Origin: Clostridia bacterium
GTDB taxonomy: Bacteria > Bacillota > Clostridia > Christensenellales > CAAEEZ01
Assembly: GCA_900755035.1 (NCBI GenBank)
Contig: CAAEEZ010000017.1
Span: 260,887-324,886, forward strand
Reading direction: 5' to 3'
DNA: 64,000 bases
In this document: positions 1-9,188 of the stretch, piece after piece
How positions within the stretch are numbered: position 1 is the first letter of the stretch
Layout of the letters: each line of letters opens with the position of its first letter
Notes under the pieces: generated by a model
Told to the model about the DNA's origin: nothing
The model's database searches: none
Seen by the model: the letters and a program-made list of their open reading frames with translations, nothing else
Program-made: the position numbers and the translations under genes

Positions 1-1
1 C

Positions 2-925
2 GAATTAGGTACTAAAATCGCTGACCTTGCCGCTAAAATCGTAGCTATTGAAAAAGGCGAAGGCGACCCTAATCTAAACCTTAGCGACTTAAAACAAGAG
101 CTTAGCGAAACTCAAAAAACGCTAGATAATTTCAACCGTGATTACGCTGCTGAAATTCAACAACTTGGCGGACAAAGAGTACGTCTTTATGACTTTGTAA
201 TCAAAGCACTTGTAGGCGTTATCACCAACGCAGACGTTATCCTTCCTGACGGCTTAAATATCGACAAACTACTTGGTATGGACTTACCTATCGGCGATAT
301 CGTTGCATTACTCGGCAATATTATCGATACGATAGGCGGAATAAATATTGGCGACCAAGGCGTTGTAGATATGATATTAGGTCTTGTTTTGACTTCATCT
401 GACGAGCACGGTAAATACATCGAAATTTCTACCGGACTATGCCCACAAAGCGAAAGACACGTATGCGCTGCCGCTGCATCTAAAATCGTTACAAACAATT
501 ATTCTTACGAAGGAATAAGGGAAATTCAATACAAAGTTTCTATTTATCCTCAACTACTTTGCTTTGCAAGACTTCGTAGAATTTTATATATCTTCTGCGG
601 ACTTATGATTATTTCTATCCTTGTAACCGACCACTATTCTAGAAAAATCGATTACATTAGAGACCACGAGTTTGAAGAAAGATTACAAAAAGAAATGAAA
701 GAAAGAGGCTACGTTCTTGCTACTGACCTTGCAGTAGAAAGCGCTTACGAAGTTGATAGTACTTACCAAGCGGATTACACTGCAAATGCTAACGCAACGG
801 ACACCGTAGTAGATTTTAACGATACTGCAAATCCGTCAACTAACGCTGATAATACTGAAAGCAACACACCATGGCCAACGGGGCTTGATTTAACAGAAGG
901 AGGTAATGACAATGAAACTAAATAA
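2..925 (+). CDS. 3' part of a larger unknown membrane protein (5' end outside window)
   Basis: Frame 2 is open from base 2 through the first in-window ATG (278) to TAA at 923-925. It has a coiled-coil-like N part, one hydrophobic helix (ILYIFCGLMIISILV) and an N/D/T-rich tail. No family recognised. Confidence 0.6.
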   Translation, partial: ELGTKIADLAAKIVAIEKGEGDPNLNLSDLKQELSETQKTLDNFNRDYAAEIQQLGGQRVRLYDFVIKALVGVITNADVILPDGLNIDKLLGMDLPIGDIVALLGNIIDTIGGINIGDQGVVDMILGLVLTSSDEHGKYIEISTGLCPQSERHVCAAAASKIVTNNYSYEGIREIQYKVSIYPQLLCFARLRRILYIFCGLMIISILVTDHYSRKIDYIRDHEFEERLQKEMKERGYVLATDLAVESAYEVDSTYQADYTANANATDTVVDFNDTANPSTNADNTESNTPWPTGLDLTEGGNDNETK

Positions 926-2717
926 TAAAGCAAAAGAAAAGCCTATTAAAAACGAAAATGTTGTCAAAGAAAAAACTCCTTTGAAAAAGAATCATAAAGC
1001 GCTTTATAAGATAGCAATTTTAGTAACTAACCTTGTAGGCTTCCCATTATTGCTACTACTTGTAGCGCTTGAATGTATGCACTACAACGAATCCGGCATA
1101 TACAAATTTACCGTATTTGCTCCTTGCCTAATCGTTCTACTTATGTGGGGCATTACTGCTCTACTACAAATGATTATATTTAGAGTAGACAAAAAGACGC
1201 ACGCATCGTTTAAGCATACTATGATTTCGTGCGCAGTAGTACCTATTTGCTGTTTGGGTGGTTTGTTCCTAGTCCTTGATATAGCACTACCTAAACTACT
1301 TGCCAAAGCAACTTCAAATACGATTTTATACGAAGATATCGTAGTAGATGCAAAAGGTCAACATGAAACTATTTTATCAAAAGCGCAAATGTTTTTGTAT
1401 AAAAACAACCTATACAAATATGAAGTTGATAAAAACGGTCAACCTGTTCTTGACAAGTTAGGCAAACCTGTTCCTATTGGCACAAACGGAAAACCTCTTA
1501 AATTCAACGAAAATTCGTACCCAAGTTACGATTTTAAGCAAATTCAATTTGAACACTGGTTTTCTGACGAGAATATGGACATATTCAAACCTATCTTCTC
1601 TTCGTTTGACCAAGCATATCAATCATTTAACGGCTTAGCAATCGAATTTGCACTTAGCGAATCCGACCTTGTCGGCGGTATTCTAAACGGAAATATTCCA
1701 ATTACGGTTCTTGCATCAATTGCTCTTAAAACTACTCCTCCTGAGGACGTAAACGGCTCAAACGTTAAGCTTGATTTATTAGAGATACTTACTCTAAACA
1801 AAGAACCGTTAGTAAACGCTGTAAAAGCTCTTATTGCATCAGGATTTGATTTTGGAGTAACAGGAAAAGACCCTTACACTGGCGCAGACGAAAAACAAGC
1901 ATTAGACGATATACTTAATTCCGTTATTCTACACAAAGAATTTAATGGTGTAAAATGGAACGTACTGCAACTACTTGGAACTAACCCACTTTCAGGTATT
2001 GACCCTAATAAACAAATTGTTCAATATGAAGGCACTGAAAACGAAGTTGTACTTGGTGCATGTTTAGGATATCAAGATATGGCATGGCTAAACAGCGTAG
2101 ACCTACTTGGAATTATTATTTGTTTAATGGATTGCAGAGATTACTTCTACATCTTCGGCGTTGTAATCGGTATAGTTACATATATAGTATTCGTACTTAA
2201 AAAACAATATCTACTTACCTATGGCGACGACTGCTTGCTACTACCTAAAACCAAGAGAAGACGCGCTAAGGAAGAAAGAGATAATTGGTACTACTCTTCT
2301 AGCAGTAACAAAGGCGTTATGAATATCAATAACGACTCGATTACCGAGATGGAAAGCAACGAAATTCAAGAAGATTTTGAAAGAGAAACTAAATCGCTTT
2401 CTAAACCTTCGTTTGCTGATAGATTCAAGAAAAATGATAACGAGCCTAAGGTAGCAAAAGAAAAAGCACCTAAGGTTGAAAAAGTAAAGAAGGAAAAAGT
2501 GCCAAAACCTCCTAAGCCTGAAAAGGTAAAAAAGGAAAAAACGCCTAAGCCTCCTAAGCCTGAAAAGGTAAAAAAGGAAAAAGTACCAAAACCTCCTAAG
2601 CCTGAAAAGGTAAAAAAGGAAAAAGCACCAAAGCCTCCTAAACCTGAAAAGGTAAAAAAGGAAAAAGCACCAAAGCCTCCTAAACCTGAAAAACCTAAAA
2701 AACCAAAGAAATTGTAA
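912..2717 (+). CDS. unknown polytopic membrane protein with Lys/Pro tandem-repeat C-terminal tail
   Basis: GGAGG at 899-903 lies 8 nt before ATG 912; ATG 906 is too close. The start overlaps the upstream stop. There are several N-terminal TM helices, a large loop domain, a late TM helix, then (PPKPEKVKKEKxPK)n. Confidence 0.7.
   Translation: MKLNNKAKEKPIKNENVVKEKTPLKKNHKALYKIAILVTNLVGFPLLLLLVALECMHYNESGIYKFTVFAPCLIVLLMWGITALLQMIIFRVDKKTHASFKHTMISCAVVPICCLGGLFLVLDIALPKLLAKATSNTILYEDIVVDAKGQHETILSKAQMFLYKNNLYKYEVDKNGQPVLDKLGKPVPIGTNGKPLKFNENSYPSYDFKQIQFEHWFSDENMDIFKPIFSSFDQAYQSFNGLAIEFALSESDLVGGILNGNIPITVLASIALKTTPPEDVNGSNVKLDLLEILTLNKEPLVNAVKALIASGFDFGVTGKDPYTGADEKQALDDILNSVILHKEFNGVKWNVLQLLGTNPLSGIDPNKQIVQYEGTENEVVLGACLGYQDMAWLNSVDLLGIIICLMDCRDYFYIFGVVIGIVTYIVFVLKKQYLLTYGDDCLLLPKTKRRRAKEERDNWYYSSSSNKGVMNINNDSITEMESNEIQEDFERETKSLSKPSFADRFKKNDNEPKVAKEKAPKVEKVKKEKVPKPPKPEKVKKEKTPKPPKPEKVKKEKVPKPPKPEKVKKEKAPKPPKPEKVKKEKAPKPPKPEKPKKPKKL
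2466..2714 (+). repeat. in-frame 42-nt tandem repeat, 5 full units plus a partial one
   Basis: Units begin at 2466, 2508, 2550, 2592, 2634 and 2676. They are near-identical at nucleotide level and encode xPKxEKVKKEKxPK. Confidence 0.9.
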
Positions 2718-2736
2718 TAACTTGTCCAAGTTATAT

Positions 2737-2765
2737 AAAGCCCTCGTTTGAGGGCTTTTATTATT
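2737..2765 (+). terminator. rho-independent terminator
   Basis: The stem is aagccctc / gagggctt with loop gttt, followed by a T-rich run. Confidence 0.75.
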
Positions 2766-2915
2766 GCTCTATTTCGTATATATTCCTTAATTTGCAACGC
2801 TATTATTACTTGAATATTTATATTGTATATATACTTATAAATATATATTTATATATAAATGCTCTACTATTTGACTAATATTTATTTAGCCTTTATAATT
2901 TATAAAGAGGTAATT

Positions 2916-3383
2916 ATGTTAGACAACGTTAAAAAATATTTTGAAAAATTTGGCAAGCAAAACGATATACTTATTTTTAATCAAAGTTCTGCAACGGTAG
3001 AACTTGCCGCCGAGGCATTAAACGCAATGCCTAGCGATATTGCAAAATCACTTTCCTTTTACGACAAAGACGGTGGTTGCATTATGGTAATAGTAGCAGG
3101 CGACAAGAAAATAGAAAACAAAAAATACAAACAAACTTTTGGACTAAAAGCAAAAATGCTGTCTGCTAGCGACGTACCTACTCTTACTAACCACGAAATA
3201 GGCGGCGTATGCCCTTTTGCCGTATCGGACAAAGTAAAAGTATACCTGGACGAATCACTAAAATCGCACGAGTACGTATATCCTGCGTGTGGTAGTCATA
3301 ATAGCGCAATAAAACTGACCGTGGACGAACTAGAAAAATATTGCGATAATTTTACTGCTTGGGTTGACGTAACAAATGACTAG
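2916..3383 (+). CDS. YbaK/EbsC/ProX-type aminoacyl-tRNA deacylase domain protein
   Basis: AAAGAGG lies before ATG 2916. The protein is about 155 aa with a GGVCPF motif and overall YbaK-like pattern. The ORF-track start 2859 has no SD. Confidence 0.7.
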   Translation: MLDNVKKYFEKFGKQNDILIFNQSSATVELAAEALNAMPSDIAKSLSFYDKDGGCIMVIVAGDKKIENKKYKQTFGLKAKMLSASDVPTLTNHEIGGVCPFAVSDKVKVYLDESLKSHEYVYPACGSHNSAIKLTVDELEKYCDNFTAWVDVTND

Positions 3384-3966
3384 AACTAAAAAAATAACTA
3401 ATACGGCAATACTAATTGCGCTAATTACTTTGCTCACCTTTGTTCCTATTCAAATAGGACCTATCAGCCTTGCCGTTTTATTGCTTATTCCTCTGCTAGT
3501 TGGTTGCCAAACACAAGGCTTCACCGTGTCTATTATACTTGGCTTGTATACAGGTCTACTTAGTCTAATTGCTAGTTATACCGTGTCCACGTCTTTACTA
3601 AGATTTGTATTTAATAATCCAATCGTATCAGTTTTACCCAGGATATTAGTGGGGGCACTAACCTATGCAAGCTACAAACTTACTATGTGCATTACTCGTA
3701 AGTTATCTAGCGACAAACTGCAAATCCTTATTTCTAGCGCTGTTAGCAGTGTCGTTGGCGTACTTACAAATACTACCCTAGTGCTTGGTTTTACGTTTGC
3801 TATATACAATGGAACAAATTTTAGCGGACTTACTATCAATGCTACTTTAATATGGACAATCGTAACTACAAATGCAATAGCCGAACTAATCGTTGCAGTA
3901 ATAGTTACACCACCTGTTACCTATGGAATTTATAGGGCAAATAAGAAAAAAGCGTTGACTACGTAA
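3376..3966 (+). CDS. ECF-transporter S-component-like membrane protein (substrate unknown)
   Basis: It is 196 aa with about 6 TM helices, and its size and hydrophobicity pattern fit ECF S components. It overlaps the ybaK-like stop by 8 nt. Confidence 0.45.
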   Translation: MTRTKKITNTAILIALITLLTFVPIQIGPISLAVLLLIPLLVGCQTQGFTVSIILGLYTGLLSLIASYTVSTSLLRFVFNNPIVSVLPRILVGALTYASYKLTMCITRKLSSDKLQILISSAVSSVVGVLTNTTLVLGFTFAIYNGTNFSGLTINATLIWTIVTTNAIAELIVAVIVTPPVTYGIYRANKKKALTT

Positions 3967-4064
3967 AGAATATAAAGTAAAATAAAATTATAAAGCAATC
4001 TGTATCAATGAGTTTTCGGCGAGTAAGACGGCAAGAATAAAATGAATTTTAAGAAGGATTTTTA

Positions 4065-4094
4065 CGCTACCGTTTTCGGCAGCGTTTTTATTTT
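4065..4094 (+). terminator. terminator or attenuator hairpin
   Basis: The stem is cgctaccg / cggcagcg (7 of 8 pairs) with loop tttt, then TTTTTATTTT. It lies 100 nt after the upstream stop and 19 nt before the next RBS. Confidence 0.55.
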
Positions 4095-4112
4095 ATAAAA
4101 AATGGAGGAAAT

Positions 4113-4361
4113 ATGAAAAGATTAGGCGTAGTTGGTATAGTGGTTACCGACAAAAGCGTTACTCCCAAACTACAAGAAATTCTTAGCGAATTTAGCGACG
4201 TAATCGTAGGTAGAATGGGCGTTCCTAGAAAGAACGTATCAGCAATAAGTTTAATCGTAGAAGGTAAAGTGGAAAGAATATCAGCCCTTACGGGAAGACT
4301 TGGCAAATTTGAAAATATAAGCGTAAAATCGGCGTTAACGTCGTACGAAATAGAGGAATAA
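4113..4361 (+). CDS. TM1266-family small ACT-like regulator
   Basis: It is 82 aa. The blocks GIVV, IVGRMGVP, ISLIVEG and ALTGRLG match the family annotated as iron-only hydrogenase system regulator. GGAGG RBS. Confidence 0.65.
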   Translation: MKRLGVVGIVVTDKSVTPKLQEILSEFSDVIVGRMGVPRKNVSAISLIVEGKVERISALTGRLGKFENISVKSALTSYEIEE

Positions 4362-4364
4362 ATT

Positions 4365-5375
4365 ATGAAAAAGAAAATTTTATCAATCATTTTAGCAATC
4401 GTAAGCGTAGTATCTTGTTTTGCGCTTACAGCATGTAGCAACAATACTAATACCGTTAGAATAGTAGTTCCCGACGGCGCGCCTGCCCTAAGCGTAACCA
4501 CCGTAATAAAAGACGGCATTAAAATGCCACAAGATACTAAACTGCAAATAGATATTGTAAAAGCTGATACTATTACAAGCGAAGTAACCGGCAAGAAATG
4601 CGATATAGCAATTTTACCGTCTAACGCAGCGTTTAAGATATATGACGATTCTGTTAAAAACGGCGACAAAGCCCCGTACGTAATGCTAGCAACCGCAACT
4701 TACGGCAATTTATTCGTCGTTGGTAAAACTACCCTTACTAGTATTAGCGACCTTACGGGCAAAATTGTTTACTCCATAGGTCAAGGCGCTGTTCCGCACA
4801 AAATTTTGGAAAAAGTAGCGGGACTGAATAGTATTGAACTAAATATCATAACCGACAAAAAGGACGCTATCCAAGGTAAAATCAACGTTATTTTCGTAAG
4901 CGACGGACTAGAAGTAAACACAAATCTAAAAGAAGATGCTACCGCCTTTGGTCTACTTGGCGAGCCAGCCGTAACGGGCTCGAAAAAACAAGGCAACGTT
5001 GTTTCGCTAGATGTGCAAGCAGAATACCAAAAGGCAACTAATTCAACCGAAAAAGGTTATCCGCAAGCAGTTGTAGTTGCAAGAAAGTCGTTTATTGAAA
5101 GTAACGGCGAAATAATTAAAACTTTTTTGCAAAAAATGGTTGCAAATATGGACTACGTTAATAATAAAGATAACCAAAAAACCATAACGGACGTGCTAAA
5201 AGGGAATAAATACGGCAATCCTAGTGCTACCACGTTCCCACCACAATCAATCAGCGGTTGCAATATAATAGTAAAATCTACTAAAACCGCCAAACAAGAC
5301 GTTGTAACTTTCCTAAAAACGCTTACGGGCGCACCAAAAATCGCAGATGGATTTTTTTACGAGATAGAATACTGA
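4365..5375 (+). CDS. ABC substrate-binding lipoprotein, NMT1/THI5 (NitT/TauT) type
   Basis: It has a signal peptide with lipobox LTAC and is 336 aa. It is followed by a matching permease and ATPase. Confidence 0.65.
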   Translation: MKKKILSIILAIVSVVSCFALTACSNNTNTVRIVVPDGAPALSVTTVIKDGIKMPQDTKLQIDIVKADTITSEVTGKKCDIAILPSNAAFKIYDDSVKNGDKAPYVMLATATYGNLFVVGKTTLTSISDLTGKIVYSIGQGAVPHKILEKVAGLNSIELNIITDKKDAIQGKINVIFVSDGLEVNTNLKEDATAFGLLGEPAVTGSKKQGNVVSLDVQAEYQKATNSTEKGYPQAVVVARKSFIESNGEIIKTFLQKMVANMDYVNNKDNQKTITDVLKGNKYGNPSATTFPPQSISGCNIIVKSTKTAKQDVVTFLKTLTGAPKIADGFFYEIEY

Positions 5376-5376
5376 T

Positions 5377-6141
5377 ATGAACAAAAAAAGGATACTAAAA
5401 AACTTAATATATCCTATTTTATCGCTTGCGCTGTTTTTGTCCACGTGGGCAATTATTAGCGCCGTGGAAAATAAGCCGTTAGCACTACCGCAAGTTGACG
5501 TCGTATTTAACGAATTTTTCCATTTGCTTGGTCAAAATTCCACTTGGGTGGCACTATCAGGCACTCTACTAAACACTTTATTTGCGTTTTTATTATCGGT
5601 AGTCGTAGCGTTTATTCTAAGCGTAATTACTACGTTTTTTAAGCCGTTACACAAAATTTTGTCGCCCATTATCACTATATTACGCTCAGCGCCTACTATG
5701 GCTGTAATACTACTATCAATATTGTGGCTAGACAACGATGACACACCTATTTTTATCGGCTTTTTAATAGCATTTCCGCTATTATACTCGTCGTTTAGGC
5801 TAGCGCTGACGTCCGTTGACGAAAAAACGCTTGAAATGGCAAAAGTATTCAACGTTAAAAAATTAGACGTGCTAAAAACCATATATTTGCCAAGCGTGGC
5901 ATCTAATTTTATAAGCAGTATGCAAAGCGTAATATCACTAACGGTAAAGGTGGTAATTGCCGCCGAAGTAATGGCATATGCATCTAAAACTATCGGCTTT
6001 GAAATGATACAAGCCAAAATAGATATAGAAACGGCAACGCTACTTGCGTATACGGTGCTTGCAATCGTACTTAGTTTCATTTTAGAAGGCATTTTTGCTC
6101 TTATAAATAAACTTGCTAGGAGGAAATATGGAAATTACTAA
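5377..6141 (+). CDS. ABC permease (NitT/TauT/SsuC-like)
   Basis: It is 254 aa with 6 TM helices and sits between the binding-protein and ATPase genes. Confidence 0.75.
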   Translation: MNKKRILKNLIYPILSLALFLSTWAIISAVENKPLALPQVDVVFNEFFHLLGQNSTWVALSGTLLNTLFAFLLSVVVAFILSVITTFFKPLHKILSPIITILRSAPTMAVILLSILWLDNDDTPIFIGFLIAFPLLYSSFRLALTSVDEKTLEMAKVFNVKKLDVLKTIYLPSVASNFISSMQSVISLTVKVVIAAEVMAYASKTIGFEMIQAKIDIETATLLAYTVLAIVLSFILEGIFALINKLARRKYGNY

Positions 6142-6826
6142 CCTAACTGTAAAATACGGCGAAAAAACGGTGTTTGAAAACTTTAACCTTACCTTGCAAG
6201 ACGATAAAATTACTTGTTTGCTTGGTGCATCAGGCGTTGGAAAATCTACTTTATTATCCGCAATAAGTGGCAACGTAGCGTACACAGGCAAAATTACGGG
6301 GGCAAATACCCTATCGTATATTTTTCAAGAAAATAGACTGATAGAAAACGTAACGGTAGAAAAAAACCTAGATTTAGTACTGCGCTCTATTACAAAAGAT
6401 AAATTTACAAGGGAAAAAATAATAGACAACGTGCTAAAACTTGTAGAAATGGAAAACTGCAAAGACATTTTCCCACGTGAGCTTTCAGGGGGTATGGCAA
6501 GCAGAATATCTATGGCTCGTGGCTTTATTTATCCGTCAAACACCTTGCTTATGGACGAAACGTTCAAGGGGCTAGATACTGCCCTTAAACAACGACTAAT
6601 AAAGGCGTTTTTGAATTTGTATAACGAAAATAAACGAACGGTAGTATTCGTAACCCACTCGATAGACGAGGCTTTGATACTTGCCGACGAAGTATTCGTG
6701 CTAAAAGGCTCGCCTTGTGAGGTAAGTTTTAGCCTAACGATTGCTAAAAATCAGCAAGACAGAAAACTAACCGACGACGAATTAGACAATGCAAGAAAGC
6801 AACTGCTTAAAAATTTGATAGACTAA
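6128..6826 (+). CDS. ABC ATP-binding protein (NitT/TauT type)
   Basis: AGGAGG lies before ATG 6128; the track start 6113 is a TTG inside the RBS. Walker A is GASGVGKST, the signature is LSGGMASR and Walker B is LLMDE. Confidence 0.85.
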   Translation: MEITNLTVKYGEKTVFENFNLTLQDDKITCLLGASGVGKSTLLSAISGNVAYTGKITGANTLSYIFQENRLIENVTVEKNLDLVLRSITKDKFTREKIIDNVLKLVEMENCKDIFPRELSGGMASRISMARGFIYPSNTLLMDETFKGLDTALKQRLIKAFLNLYNENKRTVVFVTHSIDEALILADEVFVLKGSPCEVSFSLTIAKNQQDRKLTDDELDNARKQLLKNLID

Positions 6827-6849
6827 ACGGAATACTAACGTAATAAAAT

Positions 6850-6870
6850 AAGCCCGATTGGGCTTTTTTT
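6850..6870. terminator. hairpin terminator between convergent genes
   Basis: The stem is agccc / gggct with loop gatt, followed by a T7 run. Confidence 0.6.
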
Positions 6871-7495
6871 AACGCTTAGCGTCTACTGCTTCTTTGTATT
6901 TTATTATGATATCTACCGCCTCGTCTATAGTTAATTTAGAAGTATTGATACATATATCATATTGTTTTGGGTCGCCCCATTTGCCGTCGGCATAAGTCGA
7001 ATAGTAATTTGCCCTATTCTTATCCGCTTTTTTCATTACGGATTTTGCCTCGCTTTCTGGCACGTGATACTCGTTCACGATTCTTTTTAGCCTAACTTCT
7101 TCGTCAGCATAAATAAATATTTTCAGCAGTTTTTCTTCGTGACGGAATATATAGTCCGCACACCTACCAACTACTACGATAGGATTAGCGTCAGCCTTTT
7201 CTCTTAGCGCTTTTGCTTGAAGTCGCATTACTTCGTCGTTGAACATTATATTATTATACATCGGTATATAAGCGTTTGTTAACGTGATACTAGGCGAAAA
7301 CATACCGGCAAACTTGCTTGGCGATTGCTCGTCGTATTTTTCCAAAAGGCTTTTATCTACGTCGTAAGTTTCTGCAATATGAGATATAATCTCCTTATCC
7401 AAAAATTCGTAGCCTAGTCTTTCAGCAAGCGCTCTACCAACCTTTCTACCACTACTACCGTATTGTCTTGCTATCGTTATAATATAGTTTGCCAT
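6869..7495 (-). CDS. cytidylate kinase-like family (AAA/P-loop) protein
   Basis: It is 208 aa with an N-terminal IARQYGSSGRKVG P-loop. AAGGAGG RBS. Confidence 0.7.
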   Translation of the reverse strand: MANYIITIARQYGSSGRKVGRALAERLGYEFLDKEIISHIAETYDVDKSLLEKYDEQSPSKFAGMFSPSITLTNAYIPMYNNIMFNDEVMRLQAKALREKADANPIVVVGRCADYIFRHEEKLLKIFIYADEEVRLKRIVNEYHVPESEAKSVMKKADKNRANYYSTYADGKWGDPKQYDICINTSKLTIDEAVDIIIKYKEAVDAKR

Positions 7496-7597
7496 AACTT
7501 ACCTCCTTACTTAATTATAAAATATTTTATCTCTAAGTCAATACTACGGCAAAATTTTTGCAATAAAAAATAGTCGTAAAAACGACTATTTAGTATT

Positions 7598-8320
7598 TTA
7601 ATAAATGTTTTTGATATTTACCGACAAATACTTGTCTAGGTCGAACGCTCTCCACGGCGCGACTTCCTTATCAGGATATACCCTAAAAGTCATCGTTTCG
7701 TTAGTTATAGGGTGATTAAGCTTTAACTCGTAAGCCCATAATCCCAAATAACTTTTGTTTTTTACGGCGTTAGGATTATACTTCATATCTCCAACAAGCG
7801 GACAGCCGATATGTGCCATTTGTACACGAATTTGATGTCCTCTTCCCGTTATAAGTTTTACCCTAGCCAAACTAATTCCGTCTTTTTCTTCCAAAACTTT
7901 GTAATCAAGTTCTGCTCTTTTTGCGCCTACCGTTGCGCTTGGCACAACTCTAACTTCGTTAGTTTTTTCGTTCTTTTTAAGATAATTTACTAGTTTTCCC
8001 GTCGGCTCTTTTGGCACGCCGTCCAAAACTGCTAGGTATGATTTTTCCATATCTCCGTTTTGGATTTGCTCTTGAAGGCGTTTTGCGCATTTACTCGTTT
8101 TTGCAAACACCATTATTCCGCCCGTTGGTCTATCTAGCCTATGTACAAGTCCAAGGAAAGCCTCGCCCGGTTTATCGTATTTTTTTACCAAATAATTTTT
8201 TAGCATCGACAATAAATCTAGGTCCTTGCTACTATCTGCCATAACGGGAATATTATTCGGCTTTACCACTACAAGTAAATGGTTATCCTCGTAAACTATA
8301 TTTAATTCTTCGTTACTCAT
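7598..8320 (-). CDS. RluA-family pseudouridine synthase
   Basis: It carries the HRLDRPTGG catalytic-Asp motif and GRGHQIR. ATG 8320 follows AAGGAAGAG and overlaps the upstream stop by 8 nt. Confidence 0.85.
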   Translation of the reverse strand: MSNEELNIVYEDNHLLVVVKPNNIPVMADSSKDLDLLSMLKNYLVKKYDKPGEAFLGLVHRLDRPTGGIMVFAKTSKCAKRLQEQIQNGDMEKSYLAVLDGVPKEPTGKLVNYLKKNEKTNEVRVVPSATVGAKRAELDYKVLEEKDGISLARVKLITGRGHQIRVQMAHIGCPLVGDMKYNPNAVKNKSYLGLWAYELKLNHPITNETMTFRVYPDKEVAPWRAFDLDKYLSVNIKNIY

Positions 8321-9188
8321 CAATCTCTTCCTTCGACCATAACCCACTAGCGCCGGCAGGCAAAATCACGCCCTTTTCCTTAGTTGGCAAGCCTACCTCG
8401 TAGCTATAAGTATAGCCATTGTAATTTGATAATATTTTGCTTAGTATGTTTTTCATCACTTGCGGTTGCAAGCCCGTCGTATAGGAATTTATAAGGAAAA
8501 ACAACGGATTATCGGACAATACTTCTTTCGTCAATTCAACAAGCGAATATATTTCGTCTTCTATTTTCCATTTTTCACCGTTTGGACCTCTGCCGAAACT
8601 AGGTGGGTCCATAATTACGGCGTCGTATTTATTTCCCCTTCTTATTTCCTTTTGAACAAACTTTTTGCAGTCGTCTAGTATAAACCTAACTTTCGTTGTA
8701 TCAAGCCCACTAAGCGCTATATTTTCCTTTGCCCTATCTATCATTGCTTTTGCCGAGTCCACGTGCGTTACGTGTGCGCCTGCGCTCATACAAGCAACCG
8801 TTGCGCCACCGGTGTATGCAAACATATTTAATACTTTGATAGGTCTACCAGCCTTTTTAATTAGGTCTATCATAGTTGCCCAATTAACCGCTTGCTCCGG
8901 GAACAAGCCCGTATGCTTGAAACCCATTAGTTTTAGTTTGAATTTAAGATTACGCCAACCAACGGTAAACTCGCCGATTTCTTTGTTTACGTAATGCCAC
9001 GAGCCACCACCCGTATTGCTACGCATATAATAGGCGCTAAGCCCCTTATAACGCATCATATCTACGTCGGTTTTCCATATAACCTGAGGGTCTGGGCGAA
9101 GCAAAATATACTTAGCCCATCTCTCTAGTTTCATACCGTCGCCGGTAGCAATTACTTCGTAATCTTTCCACTCGTCGTTATACTTCAT
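8313..9188 (-). CDS. class I SAM-dependent (RlmI/RlmK-like) methyltransferase
   Basis: SAM motif FAYTGGATVA and DPPSFG are present. The start forms an ATGA overlap with the ileS stop. Confidence 0.75.
   Translation of the reverse strand: MKYNDEWKDYEVIATGDGMKLERWAKYILLRPDPQVIWKTDVDMMRYKGLSAYYMRSNTGGGSWHYVNKEIGEFTVGWRNLKFKLKLMGFKHTGLFPEQAVNWATMIDLIKKAGRPIKVLNMFAYTGGATVACMSAGAHVTHVDSAKAMIDRAKENIALSGLDTTKVRFILDDCKKFVQKEIRRGNKYDAVIMDPPSFGRGPNGEKWKIEDEIYSLVELTKEVLSDNPLFFLINSYTTGLQPQVMKNILSKILSNYNGYTYSYEVGLPTKEKGVILPAGASGLWSKEEIDE

Noticed and set aside
2241-2797. Two long minus-strand ORFs (162 and 143 aa) antisense to the K/P repeat region.
   Set aside because: Their sequences (FFRFRRLW..., GLGGFG...) are simply the reverse-frame readout of the 42-nt tandem repeat. 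They have no SD and sit fully inside a well-supported plus-strand gene.
3967-4112. TPP (THI-box) riboswitch expected upstream of an NMT1/THI5-type ABC operon.
   Set aside because: I could not find the CUGAGA or ACCUGAUCUGGAUAAUGCCAGCG-type conserved elements. The segment is too short and too AT-rich.
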